A stretch of DNA of 61,163 bases, counting the filler. It is 8 parts of 8 records of this genome, joined end to end, with 100 filler letters (N's around TTAATTAATTAA, not from the genome) between each part and the next. Parts side by side here need not be neighbours in the genome. Positions count along the whole stretch, not along the records: positions 51,377 to 61,163 come from SRR31147125_8872; 7 more parts are not named here. One strand, written 5' to 3'. Below the pieces are notes generated by a model that did not search any database, was not told where the DNA came from, and worked only from the letters and a program-made list of their open reading frames with translations. Of the stretch, positions 53,118 through 61,163 are shown in pieces. The stretch's first letter is position 1, and the number at the start of each line of letters is the position of its first letter. The position numbers were made by a program, and so were the translations under genes.

Positions 53118-54509
53118 ATGCTGAACGGTCCGCTGCTTGTTGGCTTGTTGCTCTTTGCAATTCTCTTTATTATCTTTGCTACCGCTCGTGTAAAATTACA
53201 TCCATTCATTGTACTACTCGTTGCCTCCTATGGCGTTGGACTTTTGGCTGGAATTCCAGCGTCCGAAACAATTAAAACAATTACAGGTGGTTTTGGCGGC
53301 ACTCTGGGATCCATTGGCATCGTCATCGCTGCCGGTACGATTATTGGTTCTATTCTTGAAAAAAGTGGCGGCACTCTGGTTATGGCCAACACCATCATCA
53401 AGTGGATTGGTCAGGCCAGATCAGCTCTGGCAATGAGCATCACCGGCGCTATTGTTTCTATCCCGGTTTTTTGCGATTCCGGTTTTGTTATTCTATCTTC
53501 CCTCAATCGAACATTGGCCTCCAAAGCAAATAAATCCCTGGCACTCTACGCTGTTGCGCTCAGCATGGGTTTATATACGACCCATGTTTTTGTCCCTCCC
53601 ACTCCAGGCCCTATTGCTGCGGCTGGAACTCTTCACGCTGACCTTGGCTCGGTTATATTTTTAGGATTACTGTGCACAATTCCTGTCGTGATCGTCACAT
53701 ACTTTTTCGCACAATTTATTGGCAACCGGATATACATTGATCCAAATAGCGACCAGTTGACGAAATCGTCAAAAGAGCCCCTTCCGGATTCTCCATCTGG
53801 TCAGGATAAAACGGACTTGCCAAAACCTCTATTGGCATTTTTACCCATAGTCCTGCCCATGATTCTCATTGCACTGAAATCCGTGACCGAGTTACCCTCT
53901 AAATTATTCGGAACCGGACTATTTGCTAAAACCCTGCTATTTCTTGGTAATCCGAATACAGCCCTGATATTGGGGATCTTTATCGCCTTTTTAACCGTAC
54001 GACATCGCGGTGCTAAAGTCTATAGCGATTGGGTTGGTGCAGGACTTACAAACGCGGGTACAATCATTCTCATCACCGGTGCCGGTGGAGCTCTTGGTGC
54101 CGTTTTACGGGCAACGAATATAGGCGACTATCTTGGCACAAGTATGGCTTCATGGAATTTGGGTATTTTTCTCCCCTTCCTTATTGCCGCTGGTATTAAA
54201 TCAGCACAAGGCTCTTCTACTGTGGCCATTATCACCACCGCATCCATAGTGGCACCCTTACTGCCGACAATTGGACTTGAAGCTGGAATGGGACCCGTTC
54301 TTGTAACACTGGCTATTGGTGCCGGATCCATGACCGTTTCTCATGCCAATGACAGCTATTTCTGGGTTGTCAGTCAGTTTTCCGGTATGAATGTTTCACA
54401 AGCCTATAAATTGCATACAGCTGGTTCGGCCGTTGCTGGTTTAACCGGCATATTGGCCGTCTTTGTATTGAGTTTGATTTTTAAACCAATACTCTTTTTA
54501 AAAAATTAA
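53118..54509 (+). CDS. GntP-family permease
   Basis: KLHPF, IPVFCDSGFV, VPPTPGP, AQGSSTVA and SHANDSYFWVV. Confidence 0.92.
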   Translation: MLNGPLLVGLLLFAILFIIFATARVKLHPFIVLLVASYGVGLLAGIPASETIKTITGGFGGTLGSIGIVIAAGTIIGSILEKSGGTLVMANTIIKWIGQARSALAMSITGAIVSIPVFCDSGFVILSSLNRTLASKANKSLALYAVALSMGLYTTHVFVPPTPGPIAAAGTLHADLGSVIFLGLLCTIPVVIVTYFFAQFIGNRIYIDPNSDQLTKSSKEPLPDSPSGQDKTDLPKPLLAFLPIVLPMILIALKSVTELPSKLFGTGLFAKTLLFLGNPNTALILGIFIAFLTVRHRGAKVYSDWVGAGLTNAGTIILITGAGGALGAVLRATNIGDYLGTSMASWNLGIFLPFLIAAGIKSAQGSSTVAIITTASIVAPLLPTIGLEAGMGPVLVTLAIGAGSMTVSHANDSYFWVVSQFSGMNVSQAYKLHTAGSAVAGLTGILAVFVLSLIFKPILFLKN

Positions 54510-54568
54510 TTTGATCCCAAATAAGCGGATCACGTTAAAACCATTAATAGCTAGCCGAGGAAAAGAAA

Positions 54569-56002
54569 ATGTCACAAAACAAATCGAGTTCAAGACGTCA
54601 TTTTTTAAAAACTTTAAGTATCGGCGCGGCATCATTAACCATGGCACAACTCCCGGCATGTAAAAAAACGTGGAGTAAGAGTAAAAAGCCGAATATTATC
54701 ATTATATTTTGTGATGATTTGGGCTATGGAGATCTGGGCTCCTTCGGTCATCCCACGATTCGTACCCCTAATCTGGATCGAATGGTGCAGGAAGGACAAA
54801 AATGGACCAATTTTTATGCTGCAGCGAGTGTATGTACACCAAGTAGAGCAGCCATAATGACAGGAAGACTCCCCATCCGCAGCGGAATGTGCAGCTCAAA
54901 ACGGCGCGTCTTATTCCCGAATTCAGCTGGCGGAATCCCGCAAAAAGAAATCACCATTGCCGAAGCCATGAAAACCAAAGGCTACACTACAGCCTGTATC
55001 GGAAAATGGCACCTGGGGCATTTGCCACAGTATTTGCCGACCAATAATGGTTTTGATTCCTATTTTGGTATTCCGTACAGCAATGATATGGATCGCGTCA
55101 AAGGCGAGGGACGAAAAGCATTTAAATATCCAAAAGTCGAATACTGGAACGTACCCCTCATGCGCGACACAGAAATCGTCGAACGCCCGGCCGATCAGAC
55201 AACCATTACCAAGCGATATACTGAAGAATCGATAAAATTCATAAAAGAGAATAAAAACAACCCATTTTTCCTTTACCTGGCTCACAACCTGCCCCATGTA
55301 CCGTTATTTGTATCGAAAAACTTCAAAGACAAAAGCCTGCGTGGTTTATATGGCGATGTCATAGAAGAAATAGATTACGGTGTCGGTCAAATACTGAAAA
55401 CTCTTCGCCAGCAGGGATTGGCAGAAAACACCCTTGTTGTCTTTACTTCGGATAATGGCCCCTGGCTCTCCTATGATGAACAGGGTGGCTCAGCCGGTCT
55501 GCTCAGAGGTGGTAAGGGAGCCACGTTCGAGGGTGGTATGCGGGAACCAACCATCTTTTGGTGGCCCGGGAAAATAAAACCGGGTGTGGTGACGGATATT
55601 GGCTCAACATTGGATCTATTCACGACAAGTTGTAAACTGATTGGTGCAGATATACCGCAAGATCGCATCATGGATAGTGTGGACCTGAGACCAGCCATGT
55701 TTGGCACCGGACCGAGCCCGAGAAATACCATGTTCTACTATCGGGGCTCAAAACTTTATGCCGTTCGCAAAGGTCCGTTCAAGGCACATTTTTTTACCCA
55801 ACCGGCCTATGGGCGTGATAGAAAAGAAACCAAACATGATACACCCTTGTTATTCAATCTGGAACACGATCCATCGGAAAAATATGATATTGCACCAGAT
55901 CATGCTGACATCATCGCGGATATCCGTAAAGAGGTAGAAAATCATGTGGCACATCTGAAAAAAGGAAAAGACATGTTAGCGGACAGGATCAAAACCAAAT
56001 AA
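54569..56002 (+). CDS. Tat-exported arylsulfatase
   Basis: SRRHFLK signal; DDLGYGD, CTPSRAAIMTGR, GKWHLG and FTSDNG. Confidence 0.93.
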   Translation: MSQNKSSSRRHFLKTLSIGAASLTMAQLPACKKTWSKSKKPNIIIIFCDDLGYGDLGSFGHPTIRTPNLDRMVQEGQKWTNFYAAASVCTPSRAAIMTGRLPIRSGMCSSKRRVLFPNSAGGIPQKEITIAEAMKTKGYTTACIGKWHLGHLPQYLPTNNGFDSYFGIPYSNDMDRVKGEGRKAFKYPKVEYWNVPLMRDTEIVERPADQTTITKRYTEESIKFIKENKNNPFFLYLAHNLPHVPLFVSKNFKDKSLRGLYGDVIEEIDYGVGQILKTLRQQGLAENTLVVFTSDNGPWLSYDEQGGSAGLLRGGKGATFEGGMREPTIFWWPGKIKPGVVTDIGSTLDLFTTSCKLIGADIPQDRIMDSVDLRPAMFGTGPSPRNTMFYYRGSKLYAVRKGPFKAHFFTQPAYGRDRKETKHDTPLLFNLEHDPSEKYDIAPDHADIIADIRKEVENHVAHLKKGKDMLADRIKTK

Positions 56003-56136
56003 TGGTTTTTAAAAATCATTTTTTTTCGTAAATTATATAATGGTGTTTATTATATCCTGAAAAAATGAGTAAGCAAATCCAAATCTCTTTGTGTTGACAG
56101 CTAAACATCCAGGTTACAGAATAAGGAGTATTAATA

Positions 56137-57234
56137 ATGAGTAAAAAATTATCCCTGGGATCATTTTGGGGTATGTTAATCCTTGCGTTGTTAAATGTTC
56201 TCATATTTACGTTTGTGTGTTATGCCTTTCCACCAAGGGGACACAAGTGGAAAGTTCATGATATGTCCCGTCCAACACCAAAAATTGTAACTCCAGGTAC
56301 ATTTAGTACTGAGAATACCCCAGGTCAACCCCCATCAGACGCAATTATAGTCTTTGATGGTAAAGATCTTACAAACTGGCGTTCTATGGATGGCAGCCCG
56401 GCAAAATGGAAAGTCAAAAATGGCTATATGGAATCGGTTAAAGGCAGTGGTTATGTTCGCACATTACAAAATTTTGGCGATTGTCAACTCCATATCGAAT
56501 GGGCCGCTCCGGTACCGGCAAAAGGCGTTGGACAAGGTAGAGGCAACAGTGGTGTTTTCCTGATGGGTAAATATGAAATCCAGGTACTTGACTCCTATCA
56601 AAACAGAACATATGCTGATGGTCAGGCATCTGCTGTATACGGTCAATATCCCCCACTGGTGAATGCCAATCGCCCCCCTGGAGAATGGCAAACCTATGAT
56701 ATCATTTTCCATGGACCACGATTTGATGCCAAAGGCGAACTAACCCGTCATGCGCGGATTACAGTATTACATAATGGTGTACTGGTTCAGGATAATGTTA
56801 AGGTCTTAGGCCCAACAACATGGACTGAAAGACTGGCATATAAAAGCCACCCGGAAAAACTGCCTCTTTCACTTCAGGACCATGGTAATCCGGTTCGGTA
56901 TCGAAATATTTGGATTCGGGAGCTTTTGCCTCAGGATGCACCTGAAAGTGTAAAACATAAGAATATCAGTCTTTCCACAGAAATCCTGGATCGCTATGTT
57001 GGTCAATATATGACAGATTTCCAAATGATCATCACCATTACCCGGCAAGGGAATAACCTCATGGCAAATCTGCAAAAACCAACAAACCAACTTTTACTTG
57101 CCGCTTCAGAAAAAGAATTTTTCTTTGAGGACGTGGATGCCCGAATCGTTTTTCAAACATCCGACGATGGCGTAGCAAAATCTCTCGAGTTAACAATTGG
57201 AAGAAGCACAATGCCGGCAAAAAAAATGAACTAG
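56137..57234 (+). CDS. DUF1080 (3-keto-disaccharide hydrolase) domain protein with C-terminal DUF3471-like domain
   Basis: PPSDAIIVFDG, GNSGVFL..YEIQVLDS, LQDHG..YRNIWIREL and LDRYVGQY. Confidence 0.85.
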   Translation: MSKKLSLGSFWGMLILALLNVLIFTFVCYAFPPRGHKWKVHDMSRPTPKIVTPGTFSTENTPGQPPSDAIIVFDGKDLTNWRSMDGSPAKWKVKNGYMESVKGSGYVRTLQNFGDCQLHIEWAAPVPAKGVGQGRGNSGVFLMGKYEIQVLDSYQNRTYADGQASAVYGQYPPLVNANRPPGEWQTYDIIFHGPRFDAKGELTRHARITVLHNGVLVQDNVKVLGPTTWTERLAYKSHPEKLPLSLQDHGNPVRYRNIWIRELLPQDAPESVKHKNISLSTEILDRYVGQYMTDFQMIITITRQGNNLMANLQKPTNQLLLAASEKEFFFEDVDARIVFQTSDDGVAKSLELTIGRSTMPAKKMN

Positions 57235-57486
57235 TCTAAAATTTTTATATACTCTCATATTAACCTGAGCTAACATATAATGTGGGCAGCTTTCGAGTCA
57301 AATGGATATTTATATTACAGCAGGTTTTATTTGAGAGTTATTCATTTGATTCATGAGCTGCATTACACAGGATGTGGCATGAAAAATCCTTAACAAATCA
57401 AAATAAATTTTCCAGACTGGAGATAAAAACAAAAAGTTGTAAAATTATAATTAGTAATCTTGAACATTCAGACAAAGGACATATAA

Positions 57487-58524
57487 ATGAAGATCCTGGT
57501 TACAGGCGGAAGCGGATTTTTAGGCATAAATGTGATCCGATATTTATTAGATAAAGGATATAGTGATATCGTTACCCTTGATATGGCTGAATTTGATTAT
57601 CCGGAAAAAGATTGGATTACTATTATCACCGGAGATATACGAGATAAACAAGCTGTGGAAAAAGCGATGCAAAATGTGGATTTCGTCATCCACAGTGCCG
57701 CCGCCTTGCCTCTTTATACCAGGGAAGAAATTCTTTCAACAGATGTTCAGGGTACAAAATTATTACTCGAACAGGCTCGTGAACAACATGTCAAAAGGTT
57801 TGTGCAGGTTTCTTCAACGGCTGTCTATGGTATTCCGGATCATCACCCTCTCTATGAAAACGACAAATTAGTTGGCGTTGGTCCGTATGGTGAGGCCAAA
57901 ATTTTAGCTGAAGAGGCGTGTCTGCAGTATCGCAAGAAGGGTATGTGTGTTCCGATTCTAAGACCGAAATCGTTCATCGGCCCGGAAAGACTTGGCGTTT
58001 TTGCCATATTTTATGAATGGGCACACGATGGTAAGAATTTCCCAATGATCGGTAACGGTAAAAATCGCTATCAATTGCTCGATGTTGAAGACCTTTGCGA
58101 GGCAATCTACCTGAGCCTCACGCTTGACGAGCAGACTGTAAATGATACATTTAATATAGGTGCCAAAGAATATACCACCATGAAAGAAGATTACCAGGCC
58201 GTGCTGGATTCTGCCGGATTTGGTAAAAAAATTATCAACTTTCCAGATACACCGGTTATATTTCTTTTAAGGGTGCTGGAAGCTCTTCATCTCTCCCCGC
58301 TTTACAAATGGATTTATGAAACAGCATCCAAAGATTCTTTTGTATCTGTCGAAAAAGCGGAAAGCCAACTAAAATTTATCCCCAGATACTCCAACAAGGA
58401 TGCCTTGTTACGAAATTACAAATGGTATCTGGATAACATCGAATCCATTCGGGGCCAGCAAGGTATTTCTCACAGAGTTCCATGGAAACAAGGTATTTTA
58501 AAACTGGCTAAAATCTTTTTTTAA
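57487..58524 (+). CDS. NAD-dependent epimerase/dehydratase
   Basis: VTGGSGFLG, SSTAVYG and YGEAK. Confidence 0.9.
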   Translation: MKILVTGGSGFLGINVIRYLLDKGYSDIVTLDMAEFDYPEKDWITIITGDIRDKQAVEKAMQNVDFVIHSAAALPLYTREEILSTDVQGTKLLLEQAREQHVKRFVQVSSTAVYGIPDHHPLYENDKLVGVGPYGEAKILAEEACLQYRKKGMCVPILRPKSFIGPERLGVFAIFYEWAHDGKNFPMIGNGKNRYQLLDVEDLCEAIYLSLTLDEQTVNDTFNIGAKEYTTMKEDYQAVLDSAGFGKKIINFPDTPVIFLLRVLEALHLSPLYKWIYETASKDSFVSVEKAESQLKFIPRYSNKDALLRNYKWYLDNIESIRGQQGISHRVPWKQGILKLAKIFF

Positions 58525-58540
58525 GCACACTCTACTACGT

Positions 58541-58566
58541 TAACAAGGGGTTAAAACCCCTTGTTA
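58541..58566. repeat. Perfect hairpin (REP-like or terminator) between convergent genes
   Basis: TAACAAGGGGTT-AA-AACCCCTTGTTA, 12-bp perfect arms. Confidence 0.6.
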
Positions 58567-58693
58567 GGGCAACGGAACTCTTCATATGCCTACTCTGATA
58601 TATTCAGAGTTAAAAAATAATCAGTCATAACATAATAGTATTGCGATACCGGAAATATCGACAGGATCGGGCAATTCAAAAATAACCTAACAT

Positions 58694-60055
58694 TTAATCT
58701 GAATGTATTTTTTCGCTGCTGATCGCTCCTGTCACCTTGAGGTGAGGTCGGTCTGCTTTAAAACTGGCAACCAGCAGGACAATCTGAATAAAGATACATA
58801 TCCCGGCAGCCCAGTGGTAGCTTTTTGTGTAACCAAAAGACCAGCCAAAAATAGATGGGCCAATAGCGCTAAAAAACACAATATAGGACATATTATAACC
58901 GGTAATTTCCCCCAAGTGTTTTCTGCCAAAAAACCTCGGCCAGGGTATGTTGCTTAAAGTTCCAAATAATCCGCTGGCAATTCCATTACCAATAATTATC
59001 CAATATTTACCCGTACCTGCTTCCAGAGTCATTATCCCTACTCCAACCAATAAAAGGCTAATTGACATCAAACTGGCCAGATATTTTAGCTTGTATTTAA
59101 AAGGCTCCCAATCACATAACCAACCTGCTATTATGTTCAAGATAACGGCAATAACTGAAGATGGCAAAAATATGGAAATAGCCTCTTCACGCGCCAAACC
59201 AGCCATCTTAAAAATGGAAACAACATGAAATGTTAAAGCCGTAATTAATAAAGCGGCCATCGCAATAGTGAGGTTAAATATCCAAAAAGTTTTTGAACGT
59301 TTTACCTCTGCGAGTGTCCAGTTTTCTTCTTCTACTGACAAATTACGCAAAGAGGTGTGCTCCTTGTTACCATCCGGATACAGCCTACACGCCTCTGGCG
59401 TATCCCTGAAAAATATGGCAAGTATTATTGAAAACACAAAACCAATCAACAAACCCATAACGATCCACGCACCACGCCATCCAAAACGCTGAATTAACAG
59501 ATCAAAAAAGAGGGGTGCTGCTGAAAAGGTCAGGCTTATGAATACACCCATAATACTGTTTACCCGGCCACGTTTATCAATAAACCATTTCATGAGCATG
59601 GTGCGGCTGGCCAAAGCAAGTAGTCCTTGTCCAAAATATCTTAGCGAGACAAATCCAATGGTGATACATATCATAGCCGTAAAGATGTGATAACTTTGAC
59701 CAACCATATTAGATAAATAACCAGCAATATAATCTACTTGGCTTAAATAGACAAGTGTCATGCCAAGAAAACACGTTGAGAAAAAGGCAACGATTCTGAC
59801 GCTTCCGGAATCAAGCAGTTTACCCGTTCTGATAATTAAGAACGCACTACCGATTGTGCCAATAGTATAAGCTAAACTGAGTTGAAATCGGGACAGGCCT
59901 AAATGTTGAATTAAATAATCTGTAAAAACAGAAACACCCACTGTCTGGCCAGGCGCACTTAAAACCATGCCCAGCGTACTACAAAAAACGATAAAGTAAC
60001 CATAAAAAAAAGGCCATTTTCGTGGAGAAAATGGAAAATTTTCATCAAGACGCAT
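58694..60055 (-). CDS. MFS transporter
   Basis: About 12 TM helices; PFFYGY, WF..KRG, GWRGAW and RFFGRKHLGEI. Confidence 0.9.
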   Translation of the reverse strand: MRLDENFPFSPRKWPFFYGYFIVFCSTLGMVLSAPGQTVGVSVFTDYLIQHLGLSRFQLSLAYTIGTIGSAFLIIRTGKLLDSGSVRIVAFFSTCFLGMTLVYLSQVDYIAGYLSNMVGQSYHIFTAMICITIGFVSLRYFGQGLLALASRTMLMKWFIDKRGRVNSIMGVFISLTFSAAPLFFDLLIQRFGWRGAWIVMGLLIGFVFSIILAIFFRDTPEACRLYPDGNKEHTSLRNLSVEEENWTLAEVKRSKTFWIFNLTIAMAALLITALTFHVVSIFKMAGLAREEAISIFLPSSVIAVILNIIAGWLCDWEPFKYKLKYLASLMSISLLLVGVGIMTLEAGTGKYWIIIGNGIASGLFGTLSNIPWPRFFGRKHLGEITGYNMSYIVFFSAIGPSIFGWSFGYTKSYHWAAGICIFIQIVLLVASFKADRPHLKVTGAISSEKIHSD

Positions 60056-60406
60056 AAATATTCTTTCATTTACCCTGGCATTCAAAAATCAGCATTGTAT
60101 CGTTTTTCGATAAACCGATCTGCCAGGCATTACAAGTTTAATGATTTTAATAATTGTTCGCTAGCTATAGTAAAAAACGTAACCAGGTGAGAGCAGGCAG
60201 GATCTCGAATAAAATCCTATTTTTCGTAAACCAGGAAACACTGAAGGAAGGAAATTTGCACGTGTAACTACTCTAATTTATGAACTGCAGGAAATAAAAA
60301 CAATTGCCAGTTAATGTTAAAAAAATAAAACACGAACAGGCTTTACCTCATTATCACCTTTAAAAAAAACCTCTCTTTTCTTAAAGTACAAAGATAAAAA
60401 AACATA

Positions 60407-61121
60407 CTATCTCACAGCACTGATCACAGCGAGATTCAGAAATCGCCATGGAACCTCAACAGAATCAAATCCAGCCTCCCGCAACCATTCAACTTTTTTA
60501 TCCACAGTACAGACATGATGTTCCTGCCGCAGGATAGTGGACTTTGCCAACAGATCAATCTGTTCTTCATTCACAGTACCCTTTTTCAACGCATTTTGGA
60601 TATACTGGATCTCGAGATCGTGAAAAATCCGATTAATTCGATTATCTTCAGAGCGAAAAAACTCACAGGTCACAAACCGTCCTTTTGGATTCAGGATGGC
60701 AAACACTTCTGAAGCTAATTGTTTATGGCGTTCAAACGCCAGGTAATCAAGAGTAAAGGAGGACACGACCGCATCCAAAGGCTGTAATTCATTGGACCAA
60801 ACATCTTTATTCAAATCCCGCTCAAAAGGTAAAAAATCGATCGGGAAACTTTTCGAGGTTTTTTCGACCCTTTTCAAGAATTTCTTTATTTTTATCCAGG
60901 CCAAAAACAAGAGCTAAAGGAAGCATTTCCAACAGACGACGAGATAATTCTCCATATCCGCATCCCAATTCAGCAATTCTACTCTCCTGATCCACCTGAA
61001 GATCAAGCATAGAAACAATAATATCATGTGCTTCACGGTATTTGGGTACAATAAATTCAAATAAATGTTCCAAAAGTTCTATTTCATCAGAACAACTCTT
61101 TTGATCATTTTTACTTTTCAT
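60407..61121 (-). CDS. Class I SAM-dependent methyltransferase (CmoA-like); frameshift ~60833
   Basis: ELGCGYG, GLD, DAVVSSF, LNPKGRFV and WLREAGF; one extra base in a T6 run. Confidence 0.8.
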
Positions 61122-61163
61122 AGTCGAATAAACTCAATTTTTAAAGGTGGGGATTGGATCTTT

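Noticed and set aside
113-60712. Numerous 60-137 aa ORFs antisense to or nested in long genes
   Set aside because: They are shadow ORFs of well-supported genes with no independent motifs.
956-61121. Split ORFs as pseudogenes or phase-variable genes
   Set aside because: The breaks are single indels in homopolymers across unrelated organisms with otherwise intact motifs. Sequencing error is more parsimonious.

Overview
This window is not one locus. It is eight unrelated metagenomic-style contigs joined by 100-bp spacers (44 N + TTAATTAATTAA + 44 N), and many genes carry single-base homopolymer frameshifts that look like read errors. (1) 1-5136: Bacteroidetes-like glycan-utilisation genes (GH43, an unknown secreted protein, a six-hairpin glycosidase). 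(2) 5237-10773: Clostridia-like TldD/PmbA protein, membrane and LRR proteins, and an SPL-like radical SAM enzyme. (3) 10874-16818: two aldo/keto reductases, an SMP-30 lactonase and a transposase tail. (4) 16919-25530: a PUL with a heparinase II/III-like lyase, a T9SS GH-A-like enzyme, GH78, a sulfatase and the start of RhaT. (5) 25631-34038: a tightly coupled Firmicutes-like operon resembling Ssp-type DNA phosphorothioation/defence, with an SspC-like ATPase, a Zn/Fe-S-extended PAPS reductase, a SufS-type cysteine desulfurase, a DUF3343 putative Se/S carrier, a PLD-nuclease/SF2 helicase and a small protein. (6) 34139-44888: a Bacteroidetes region with a LytS/LytTR pair split by a GxxExxY nuclease gene framed by ~85-bp palindromic CGCAAAG repeats, plus a second palindrome sitting in-frame in the kinase. 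(7) 44989-51276: a Deltaproteobacteria-like exopolysaccharide cluster. (8) 51377-61163: GntP, sulfatase, DUF1080, epimerase, MFS and a methyltransferase. The best candidates for undescribed biology are the phosphorothioation-like operon with its dedicated S/Se-carrier module and the GxxExxY/REP-like repeat system. Family names come from motif recognition only; no searches were run.
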